From positions 3,205 to 67,204 of the IMG/VR virus record IMGVR_UViG_3300025466_000029: DNA of 64,000 nt, one strand, 5' to 3'. The notes under the pieces were generated by a model. That model did no database searches, was not told the DNA's origin, and was given only the letters and a program-made list of their open reading frames with translations. A program made the position numbers and the translations under genes. Each line of letters opens with the position of its first letter. Position 1 is the stretch's first letter. This DNA is from a virus. Shown here one piece after another: positions 8,772 through 17,755 of the stretch.

Positions 8772-11702
8772 ATGAATACGCTTATTAATAGCGTGGTGCC
8801 TTCTATTGGGACCTACTGCCTCACTACCATTCAAGGTAAAGCGATTGTACAAACCTTTTACGACAGTAAAGATGTACTCGTAGCCGCTGGTATTGACGCG
8901 TCAGCGCAAGGTAAAAACGCATACTATGCTATGGCATCGTTCAAAGATGCAAGCACACGCACACAAGATAATGTGTTGCGCCTCAAAGCGTTTTGGCTTG
9001 ACGTAGACTGCAAGAACAAAGACCCCCTAAAAGACTACGCAAACAAACAAGATGGTATCCTTGCCATCCAAAACTTCTGCGCACGTCACTCGTTCCCTCG
9101 TCCTACTATCGTTGACTCAGGCAATGGCTGGCATGTTTATTGGATTTTAGACACCGAAGTTACAAAAGATGAATGGCAACCTGTTGCCGACAAACTAAAG
9201 TCATTATGTTTGAATGATGGCTTACGCATTGACCCAGCATGTACAGCGGATAGCGCTCGGATTTTACGTATCCCAACCACAATGAACTATCGCTTTGACC
9301 CACCATCCTCAGTTGATTTAGTGATGGAAGGTAAGCCTGTTATGTTCGATGCCTTCAAGGGTTTGATTGACCTAGGCTTCGCGACACTGAATATAAAGCC
9401 TACACTGAAAATTGCTGGTACACCTACAAAGAAAGAAATGAGTGCTGTCACTAAGGCATTGATTAACAATTCAACTTCATCATTTAAAAAGATTATGAAG
9501 CGTAGCTGTGCAGGTAACGGATGCGAACAGTTGTTTCATGGTGTGACTGAACAAGCTACTATTGATGAACCTTTTTGGAGGGCTGTGCTGTCTGTAGCAC
9601 AACATTGCCATGATAACGATACAGCAATACACTTGGCTTCTAATCAGCATCCTGACTATGACTTCGATGCTACTGTGGCGAAGGCTGAACAAACAAAAGG
9701 TCCGTATACTTGTGCTACGTTTGATTCTCTGCGTGGTAATGTATGCCATAACTGCCCTAGTTTTAATAAGATTACTAGCCCAATCCAGTTAGGTACAGAA
9801 GTCCTTGCAGCCACTGCGCCAGTAACGGTATCTACTGCACCAGCACCAGCGCCTATTCAAGTAGCACAAGTAGCACAAGTAGCACATCAAGAAGAATTAG
9901 CGGACATAGAGAAAATTGAACCAGTTGATACAGCAAAGATTGATGCTTCACTTGCAGCTTTTTATAAGGACAAAGACAAGGTCACAATCCCCATCCCGCC
10001 TAAACCGTATCTACGAGGGCAGAATGGTGGGGTATATAAACAAACTAAATTAGAGGACGGCACGTTCGAAGACGTAATGATTTATCAAAACGACTTCTAT
10101 GCGTATGCTCGTTTAAGAGACCCCGATGAGGGACAGGTTTTGGCATGTAGACTGCACTTGCCATTAGACGGTGTTAGAGTATTTAACATCCCATTAAAAT
10201 CAGTAGGTTCGAGAGACAAGCTGAGAGAAATAATCTGCAGTCAAGGTGTAGCGGCTAACGACAAAAAGATAGCGGAGTTAAGCAACTACTTATTAGCATT
10301 AACAACGGAGATTGAAACTATGCAACATGAAGAAAAAGCAAGAACCCAAATGGGTTGGCAAGAAGATGGTACGTTTGTACTAGGCGCACGTGAGTACTCT
10401 AAGAATGGTATTCGCAATTGCCCACCATCAAATGCCACAACTAACTACCAAGCTATGTTCCGTATGGAAGGTGATATGGCTAACTGGCGCAGGGTGGTTG
10501 ATGTATACAATGCCCCAGGATTTGAAGTCCACCAGTTTATATTCTACTTGGCGCTAAGTTCACCACTACTACGAGCAATGGGGCATCCAGGGATGTTGAC
10601 TACGCTTATCAGTGATGAGTCAGGTATTGGTAAAACAACTTTAGGTATGTTGTGCAACAGCGTATGGGGTCACCCACGAGAAATGCTTTCTATGCCACAC
10701 GATACAATCAATGCAACAGTTAACCGCATGGGTGTATTCAACAGCGTATCGCTATTTCTAGATGAGTTTACTAACAAGACACCTGAAGTATGTAGTGACA
10801 TTGTTTATATGGCTACGATGGGTCGTGGTAAGAACCGCAGTACTATCACTGGTGTAGAGCGTGTGAACAACACGACATGGAATCTAAACTCATTTGCTAC
10901 AGCCAATGCTGCATTACGTGATAAGTTAGGTTCATTAAAGGCATCTGCTGAAGGTGAGAACATGCGTCTGTTTGAGTTTGATATGCGTGGTACCCCTGTA
11001 CTACCTAAAGAGATTGCAGATACTATATTCCCATTGATGCAAACAAACTTCGGTATCGGTGGTCACTTCTTGGCATCATGGTTGGTTGAGAACGTTGATA
11101 ATCTACGTCCGATGGTAGAGCGTGTACAACGTAAGATGGATTTGAAATTCAAGTTCACTAGCAAGGAACGTAACTGGTCTATGAGCGTAGCTTGTGCATA
11201 TACAATCGCTTACGTGGCTAAAGAATTAAAGATTCATGACTTCCCTATCCAAGAAAACATTGATGCAATGGTTAAACAAATTGACCGTATGCGTGGTGAA
11301 GTAGAACAAAGCGTTACTCATTTCGATGCGTTGATTGCAGACTTCTTGGTAGAGAACCATAGCTATATCCTAGTAGTTGATGGCTTACCTGATGCTAATG
11401 GTTTACAAGCACTGCCGCGTAATAGAAGCATCAACAAAATCGTAGCGCGATATGAACCCGATACTGGCAAGTTGTATGTGGCTGCCAAAGCGTTACGCGA
11501 CTATTGCGTAGACCGTCAGTTCTCATTTAACAGCTTGATTGCATTATCTAAAGCAGGTCTAGGTAACAAGCGCTTATCAGCTGGGTCAGGTGTTGTAGCA
11601 GGTAATACTCGCATCGTTGAGTTTGATACGAACTTGGTCAACATTGATATGGGTATGTGGCATGACATGGAAGCGGAAGCGGATGATACTCCAGCTGCCT
11701 GA
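8772..11702 (+). CDS. primase-helicase (RepB/AEP-like primase, Cys cluster, DUF927-like and P-loop helicase domains)
   Basis: WLDVD, SGNGWHVYW, RILRIP, GPYTC...C..CP, GW...FV, Walker A SGIGKT, Walker B LDE. Confidence 0.88.
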   Translation: MNTLINSVVPSIGTYCLTTIQGKAIVQTFYDSKDVLVAAGIDASAQGKNAYYAMASFKDASTRTQDNVLRLKAFWLDVDCKNKDPLKDYANKQDGILAIQNFCARHSFPRPTIVDSGNGWHVYWILDTEVTKDEWQPVADKLKSLCLNDGLRIDPACTADSARILRIPTTMNYRFDPPSSVDLVMEGKPVMFDAFKGLIDLGFATLNIKPTLKIAGTPTKKEMSAVTKALINNSTSSFKKIMKRSCAGNGCEQLFHGVTEQATIDEPFWRAVLSVAQHCHDNDTAIHLASNQHPDYDFDATVAKAEQTKGPYTCATFDSLRGNVCHNCPSFNKITSPIQLGTEVLAATAPVTVSTAPAPAPIQVAQVAQVAHQEELADIEKIEPVDTAKIDASLAAFYKDKDKVTIPIPPKPYLRGQNGGVYKQTKLEDGTFEDVMIYQNDFYAYARLRDPDEGQVLACRLHLPLDGVRVFNIPLKSVGSRDKLREIICSQGVAANDKKIAELSNYLLALTTEIETMQHEEKARTQMGWQEDGTFVLGAREYSKNGIRNCPPSNATTNYQAMFRMEGDMANWRRVVDVYNAPGFEVHQFIFYLALSSPLLRAMGHPGMLTTLISDESGIGKTTLGMLCNSVWGHPREMLSMPHDTINATVNRMGVFNSVSLFLDEFTNKTPEVCSDIVYMATMGRGKNRSTITGVERVNNTTWNLNSFATANAALRDKLGSLKASAEGENMRLFEFDMRGTPVLPKEIADTIFPLMQTNFGIGGHFLASWLVENVDNLRPMVERVQRKMDLKFKFTSKERNWSMSVACAYTIAYVAKELKIHDFPIQENIDAMVKQIDRMRGEVEQSVTHFDALIADFLVENHSYILVVDGLPDANGLQALPRNRSINKIVARYEPDTGKLYVAAKALRDYCVDRQFSFNSLIALSKAGLGNKRLSAGSGVVAGNTRIVEFDTNLVNIDMGMWHDMEAEADDTPAA

Positions 11703-11889
11703 TGGGGTGGAGATGGAAGTGCCTATCGAACACATGATTGTGAAAGATAGCGTTTTCATCCCTACACTAAAACCTACGGAATTGAGAGTGATAGTAAAGC
11801 GGATTGCTAGGGAACTAGAAATTACTATAGAAATGCGTAATGCAGTTGAAGAAGGTTACTTAGGCTTAATGGTATGGAGAGTCCAATAG
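11683..11889 (+). CDS. small hypothetical protein
   Basis: SVFIP...G.MVWRV pattern; overlaps the end of the primase. Confidence 0.65.
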   Translation: MILQLPDGVEMEVPIEHMIVKDSVFIPTLKPTELRVIVKRIARELEITIEMRNAVEEGYLGLMVWRVQ

Positions 11890-11923
11890 TGTCCATTAAT
11901 GTCTTATACAGTATCATAATGTA

Positions 11924-11952
11924 TTGATTTGTATTCATCTGTATAGTATAGT
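11924..11952 (+). promoter_or_regulatory. sigma70-type promoter of putative sRNA
   Basis: TTGATT-17 bp-TATAGT with no credible ORF downstream. Confidence 0.6.
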
Positions 11953-11957
11953 TCGCC

Positions 11958-12032
11958 TTGACAGTTGTTGCATTCTGTCATTCTCCGTAATACCCCTTAA
12001 ACCCTCAGCCTCTCCAGCTGGGGGTTTTTTTT
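11958..12032 (+). ncRNA. putative trans-acting sRNA with anti-RBS seeds
   Basis: Bounded by a promoter and a terminator; 5' hairpin TGACAG/CTGTCA; TCATTCTCCGTAATACCCCTTA is complementary to several phage RBSs. Confidence 0.6.
11999..12032 (+). terminator. intrinsic terminator at the convergence of the replication and virion arms
   Basis: AACCCTCAGC-loop-GCTGGGGGTT followed by a T-run. Confidence 0.8.
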
Positions 12033-15000
12033 ATTCGTTTTCTGCTCTAATTTTTCTAATTGGCATTGCTCTTAAGGTAGCTTCAACGTTCGCCATTAGC
12101 TCATTAACCCGTTGTCGTTTCTCTTCAGATGATAGGTTAGGGTCGTTCTCAATAATATTTCGAGCGTGACTTACATCATTCAACTGAGCGTGAAGCGCTT
12201 CTACAGCATCATGCATACCAATCAATGCGCGTTTCTTAGGGTCGGCTAGATATTCTTGTAGCTTCTCAGGGTTTTGTTCAGCCGCTAATTGGTTAGCAGT
12301 GTTGTATGCCTTATCGGACATGTCACGAAGTGCGTAGTACTCTTCAGCGTTACGACCGCCAACAGTTTTTTGTTGGAATGAACTGATGATAGGAAGTTTA
12401 TCACTAGCCATCTTATTGCTACCCATAGATACGTCAGCTAATTGAAGTAGCGCACCAGCAGATGTACCACCGATTGCATTAAGGATGTAATCAATCTGTA
12501 TTGGGGATTGACCAGTAATCTCACCAACTTCTCTAGCTAATCCACTTGTACTTGCTGTGTATTGGAACTGAGGGTCTATACCTTGTAAACGTTGACTAAC
12601 AATCGGTAAGTCTGAGAAGAAGCTCTTATTAAGCATTAACTCAACAGCAGGTGTTACACCATACACAGCGGCAGGTGGTAGATACCCAGCAGCAAACGAT
12701 TGTAGTAGACCTTGGCGTAAGCGTTTAGCTGACTCAGGGCTATCTGTACCTTCTTGCAGTACGTAATCTGTAATGCGTTCAGGTACTACTTTAGCCAAGA
12801 AGCCAACATCGGTAGGTACAGGAAGCATAAACTTAGTGCCTGGGATTAAGAAGTTACGGTCAGTGATTACACCTTTTTGGTCTTCATAATCATCATCGCC
12901 TGACATCGCCATAGTGTATGCAATAACAAGACCCGCGTACATTGCCATGTTACCCCAGTAGGCTTTAGCGGCAGCTTTACGAGCTTGCATAGAGTTACCA
13001 CGACCAACCATACTGCGATAGTTAACATCCATACCTTGAAGGTATGCACCCAAGAACGGAATAGTTTGTTTTAGCGTGTGCATTAACTCGCTTGTACCAG
13101 CCTTTTGGAAGTTGATAATTTCACGAGCGCGCGTAGCGGCAAGCGTTTCATCACCAGTTTCTGCTAGTGTTTGACGATAGATACCTAAACGCACTGCTAG
13201 GTCGGCACTGTAAGCTAACTTATGTAAGAAGTTATATGCTGGGCTCTGTACCCATTTATCAGTAATTGTTTTTGGTTTTTCACCTACACCAAACTGAGTA
13301 GCACGACCACGAGTAGTATCCATCGCAGTAAAGTCAGCACCACCAACAACGCCGTGTTGCATTAGAGTTTGGATGTCTGCATGTTGACCACGGAACGCTT
13401 CGCCTGATAGGAATGATTTATAGATATGACCCATCATAGCCCAAGGATGTTTAACACCAGCTTCAACAAAGGCACGTTGTGAGTCCATTACTACTTGGCG
13501 TAATGGGAAGGCAGGGAACAACACAATGCCAGCACGTAGAGTACCAAGCGCTTTACCAATAGCTTTCATTGTAGGGCTATTTATACCGCGTACTGATTGG
13601 AATGCAGCTAGGTCATATGGGTTATCAACAGTCCAGAACGTAGGCTTACCATCGGTATAGGTCATTACCACGTGAGCAGGATTAACACCGCCTGGACGAC
13701 CTGCGTGGCGCGTTGCTGTACCCATAGTGGTCATCGTTTCGAGCGCACTATTAGCAGTGTGGTTAGATACACCTGAACGTACACACCAGCCAATCATTTG
13801 TGCCATGTTCTCAAGCATGTCATTAACTTCTTCAGTGCCACCGACAAGGGCTTTCATCTGTTGCAAGTCGACCATCTTACCCATGTTGCCAAGTCCAGGC
13901 ATTACATCTTGGTAGTCTTTCAAGCGTAGCCACGGTGCGTATGAGTCATCTTTTAGGAAGGCATCAGCCTTCTCTTTAGTTAAAAACCCAGCTTTACGTA
14001 GGAACTTAACCATCTGATTCTTAGAACCAATGAACTCATTTTGCATAGCACGTAGTTCAGGGAAAGCATTAAACGCTGCCATTGCCGCATTGATTTGTGC
14101 TTGAGTTGGAACCATACGTGGGTCTTTTAACCAATTCTCAGGCCACTGGTCTTTAGGCAATGTATCAATAATAGCTTTGGCACGGTAGTGATAGAACGAA
14201 TCGGTAATCAATTTACGTGCTTGCTCTACACCAATCTTATCGCTTAACTTTTGAGCGTGGCGGAAAATGTTGTCTACACTGTACTTACCTTGTTTAGCTT
14301 GGATAGCACCGTTACCTAAGATGTCAATGTCACCAAAAGTAAATACTGAGTTGATGTAGTTGTTAGTATTATTAGCCGCACTCAATAACAAGTCAGCGCG
14401 CATTTGACCATTAACATTATAGAAAGCACCATCATTATGGTCTTGGATAGCTGCAGATAGATGAGCCGCCTTATCAATACCTCTGACACGGACACGGTTA
14501 ATCATATCTTCAATCATACCTAGCGCACCAGTAGGACTCTTATAAGCTTGAGCAACAAAGTTCTGTGCCGCTTGTGCAGGTGTAATAGTTGTTTTAGGTG
14601 CTGACTGAGCAAGCGTACCTGACATACCAGCGATGAACTGATTAGCTTTAGCTTGCGCTTGAGGGTCAATATGAAGGGCAAAACCTGCATTCCCTGCCGT
14701 CTGTTTCACTGCTGATATATCAGCATTTAATATGCCTTCAGATGCACTTAATACTTCTGACAATGCTGTGTTAGCACTAGCAGGTAAACCTAATATGTTG
14801 CGGATAGTATTAACGAACTCAGACCATAGGGATTGATTAGCGTTATATGGGATAGATTCCAAATACTCTTGCATGTCTTTATCAGTTAAAGCCCATGTCA
14901 CCATCTCATGCAAGTTGTCTAATGCATTATTGTTTCCTGCTAAAGCATCCTGCTCAAATTTAGTGAGTTGGGTTTTACCTAATTTAGATTCTGCTACACG

Positions 15001-17742
15001 TCTATTAAAACGATTAAGCACCATGTTGCGTACATCATTTAATTTAAGAACATCGGCACTAAATTTAGTACCAGCTGCCCCTCTAGTATTACCAAATGTA
15101 ATAACCGCTTGTGTAGCCGCATGGATTAACTCGTGTAAAGCCGTCTTAAATGTAGTTCCTACATTACCTTCGCTAAAATCAGTCCCTTTAAGGTAGACAT
15201 GCACAAAAGGATTCTTAGCTTCGTAGCTATAGTGAGAAATACCTAGCACACCATGAGGATGTAATTTTTGTGGAGCTATATCACCAAGATGAACAACAGT
15301 AAGTTTTTGGTTAACGCCAGCGTCTTTTAGTTTTTGTAATTGAACTGCTACCTTCTCAGCAATTAATTTCATTGACTTGTCAGGCGCATGTTCAGCTAAC
15401 CACTTAGCAGCTTCAACTTGATTCTTGCCTGTAAGTGCTTGTTCTACTTGCTTAGTTTCTTCGACAGGAGCAGCCTGTGTACCTACAGATGGAGCAACTT
15501 CTTCGGATGTAATCTTTTCAAGTTGCTTTTGCAGTTTAGCAACTTTCTTAGCAGACGCGTCTTTCTTAGCTTGTGTAGCTTTCTTATCAGCAAGTAACTC
15601 AGTGTGCGCTTCAACAGCTTCGTCTAATTTTTTAGATGCTAATTGAGCAGCCATTTCAGGACTACCTGTAGCTATCTTATTAGCCACATTTGTTTTTGCT
15701 ACATTTGCAGTTTCTATACGTTCAATGTCATCTGCAAGGTCTTGTGTTAAGTAGTTACCAGCATGAGCATCTTGTACTTTATTTTTAGCAATCTTAGATA
15801 AATCAACGAATGGGATATCACTAAAGTACGACCATGTAGTTGCAACAGGTTCTTTCTTCAATGCAGCTGCAGCTTCTCGCGCAACCTTTTTCGGTACTGG
15901 TGCTAGTGTACTTGGTTGATTCTCTGTGCTTCCTGGAGGTTGTCCAATGTTTCCGTCAGTAGGTTCGCTAGATACATCCACTCCTCCTCCGACAGGTTCT
16001 TCAACTTTTGTAGTCGGGGCTGCTTGTTGTTGTACAGGCTGTCCCATGCCTTGCTTACTTCCTGGCTCGACAGTAGTAGTTCCGTCCTCTGAAACACCAA
16101 AGAGGTTTTGTTGTACAGGTTCTGCTTGGGCTTTTGTTTGCGGCGCATTAGGAACTCCAGAGAAGTCAGGTTGAACTGCATTAGGATTGTAATGGGGGAA
16201 CGCTTCTAAGATGCGGTTAGCTTTAACACCAAAGTCAGTATTGGTTGATGCCGCTGTAGTAAGCAAGTTGTAAGTAGTTGGGTCAGATAAATGTGCATTC
16301 TCTAACGCTGTGTATTGTTTAGCGCGTGGAGTAATACCAAATGATTTTAATACCGCAGGGGTAAGGGTACCCTCTCGAGCAGCAGGTGCCTCGGTTGGCG
16401 CTACGCCGTATGTGCCAGCTTGAATTTGTGGACGTAGCTTATTACGTTCCTGTGTAGTCAAGTCAGGGAAATACACCTTCATGTTCTTAGCAAGTTCAGC
16501 ACGACCTTCTGGTGTTTGGTTTAACTCTTCAATCTGTGCTGGTAAACCTTGCAGACGAGCGGCCTCAACAGATGCCTTAGCTTCTTTAGTTGGTGCACCT
16601 CTTGGTGTAAACAACTCGCCTTGTCCTTCAGGTACTGGTTGCTCTACAGGCGCTTCTTCAGGGGCTACAGTAGAGATAGGCTCTTGGCCTGGCATTGTAG
16701 TTGTTGGTTCTGGAATCGGTGCTTCTTGTGGAGTGAATAGCGGTTGTTGCTCCATTACCCCAGTAGCTTGGCGCTGTGCTTTCTCAACGGCAGCTGCTTT
16801 TTCAGCTTCATCTTTAGCAACAACTTGTTTAGCTTCACTGCGTTCTTGTACATTACCAATAGCACCCAATGGACCGAGCAATGCTGTTTGGTATGCAGTG
16901 TCTGCATATTCTTTTCGTGCATCTGCATCAGTTAAAGATAGACCAGCTTGATAACGCTCAAGCATTTGCTGTGCAACTTCGGTAGGAACTTCGGCAGCAA
17001 CGCCTTTTAATGTACCTTCTGCAAGCGTACGTTTTAATGATTTAGCTACAACAGCATTAGCAGCTTCAGTACCCAACTCTTTAACAGGAATACCCATTAA
17101 CTTACTGAACATTAACTTATCAGTAAAGACATCCAATCCAGCTTGAGGGACTGCAGCTGCATATGCAGCACCAGCATTAATTGGTTTACCTTCTTGGGCT
17201 TGGCGTTCTAAGTTAGAACCTGATTGCTGTACGTATGATGGAAGGAAAGCGCCAGCCAATGCACCTAGTGGAACGGTAACAGGAGCGTAAGGTCCGCCTA
17301 ATTCACCAAGCGCAGCGCCAGCTCGTGCACCTGCTAGATTAACACCTAGGTTAGATGCTTGCTCTGCAATGGCACTTGGGACTTCACTGATAGCTTCACG
17401 TGCGGCAGGGAATAAACCTTTTTGACGGTATACGTCTTTGACTTTTTCTAGACTAGCACCAGGTTTTTCAGTGATAGCTTCTTGACGGGCTTGTCCAGCT
17501 TTAGCAGCTTCTTCAGCGCCGAATAGACCTGATACGCCTGTCTCCATAGAACCAAGCATACGCTTTGCACCACCCATGAAGGCTTCGCCAATACCAGCAG
17601 TTTCAGGACCTTTAGGTGCTTCTGTTGTAGCGGTAGGAGTAGCTTGAGCTTGGATATACTGTGTTAAACGTCTGGCAGCTTCTTTATCTCCAGCAGCATC
17701 TGCTTTTCGCAAGGCGCTGTAGAGTTCTTCCATAGTGTACAT
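12031..17742 (-). CDS. large polyvalent internal virion/ejection protein (zincin HExxH domain, LPD38-like C-terminus)
   Basis: 1903 aa; TALHELIHAAT...HEMV; C-terminal R..INF..G, IPFL.A..QG, E...NKSFF...PI; last gene of the virion arm. Confidence 0.7.
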   Translation of the reverse strand: MYTMEELYSALRKADAAGDKEAARRLTQYIQAQATPTATTEAPKGPETAGIGEAFMGGAKRMLGSMETGVSGLFGAEEAAKAGQARQEAITEKPGASLEKVKDVYRQKGLFPAAREAISEVPSAIAEQASNLGVNLAGARAGAALGELGGPYAPVTVPLGALAGAFLPSYVQQSGSNLERQAQEGKPINAGAAYAAAVPQAGLDVFTDKLMFSKLMGIPVKELGTEAANAVVAKSLKRTLAEGTLKGVAAEVPTEVAQQMLERYQAGLSLTDADARKEYADTAYQTALLGPLGAIGNVQERSEAKQVVAKDEAEKAAAVEKAQRQATGVMEQQPLFTPQEAPIPEPTTTMPGQEPISTVAPEEAPVEQPVPEGQGELFTPRGAPTKEAKASVEAARLQGLPAQIEELNQTPEGRAELAKNMKVYFPDLTTQERNKLRPQIQAGTYGVAPTEAPAAREGTLTPAVLKSFGITPRAKQYTALENAHLSDPTTYNLLTTAASTNTDFGVKANRILEAFPHYNPNAVQPDFSGVPNAPQTKAQAEPVQQNLFGVSEDGTTTVEPGSKQGMGQPVQQQAAPTTKVEEPVGGGVDVSSEPTDGNIGQPPGSTENQPSTLAPVPKKVAREAAAALKKEPVATTWSYFSDIPFVDLSKIAKNKVQDAHAGNYLTQDLADDIERIETANVAKTNVANKIATGSPEMAAQLASKKLDEAVEAHTELLADKKATQAKKDASAKKVAKLQKQLEKITSEEVAPSVGTQAAPVEETKQVEQALTGKNQVEAAKWLAEHAPDKSMKLIAEKVAVQLQKLKDAGVNQKLTVVHLGDIAPQKLHPHGVLGISHYSYEAKNPFVHVYLKGTDFSEGNVGTTFKTALHELIHAATQAVITFGNTRGAAGTKFSADVLKLNDVRNMVLNRFNRRVAESKLGKTQLTKFEQDALAGNNNALDNLHEMVTWALTDKDMQEYLESIPYNANQSLWSEFVNTIRNILGLPASANTALSEVLSASEGILNADISAVKQTAGNAGFALHIDPQAQAKANQFIAGMSGTLAQSAPKTTITPAQAAQNFVAQAYKSPTGALGMIEDMINRVRVRGIDKAAHLSAAIQDHNDGAFYNVNGQMRADLLLSAANNTNNYINSVFTFGDIDILGNGAIQAKQGKYSVDNIFRHAQKLSDKIGVEQARKLITDSFYHYRAKAIIDTLPKDQWPENWLKDPRMVPTQAQINAAMAAFNAFPELRAMQNEFIGSKNQMVKFLRKAGFLTKEKADAFLKDDSYAPWLRLKDYQDVMPGLGNMGKMVDLQQMKALVGGTEEVNDMLENMAQMIGWCVRSGVSNHTANSALETMTTMGTATRHAGRPGGVNPAHVVMTYTDGKPTFWTVDNPYDLAAFQSVRGINSPTMKAIGKALGTLRAGIVLFPAFPLRQVVMDSQRAFVEAGVKHPWAMMGHIYKSFLSGEAFRGQHADIQTLMQHGVVGGADFTAMDTTRGRATQFGVGEKPKTITDKWVQSPAYNFLHKLAYSADLAVRLGIYRQTLAETGDETLAATRAREIINFQKAGTSELMHTLKQTIPFLGAYLQGMDVNYRSMVGRGNSMQARKAAAKAYWGNMAMYAGLVIAYTMAMSGDDDYEDQKGVITDRNFLIPGTKFMLPVPTDVGFLAKVVPERITDYVLQEGTDSPESAKRLRQGLLQSFAAGYLPPAAVYGVTPAVELMLNKSFFSDLPIVSQRLQGIDPQFQYTASTSGLAREVGEITGQSPIQIDYILNAIGGTSAGALLQLADVSMGSNKMASDKLPIISSFQQKTVGGRNAEEYYALRDMSDKAYNTANQLAAEQNPEKLQEYLADPKKRALIGMHDAVEALHAQLNDVSHARNIIENDPNLSSEEKRQRVNELMANVEATLRAMPIRKIRAENE

Positions 17743-17755
17743 GCACTGCTCCTAA

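Noticed and set aside
9858-9884. CAAGTAGCA x3 tandem repeat in the primase (also a 15-nt duplication near 53875-53910)
   Set aside because: These are in-frame slippage in low-complexity linkers with no sign of phase variation.
11924-12169. 81-aa plus-strand ORF in the ORF track
   Set aside because: It starts on the -35 hexamer, has no RBS, crosses a terminator and runs antisense into the 1903-aa gene.
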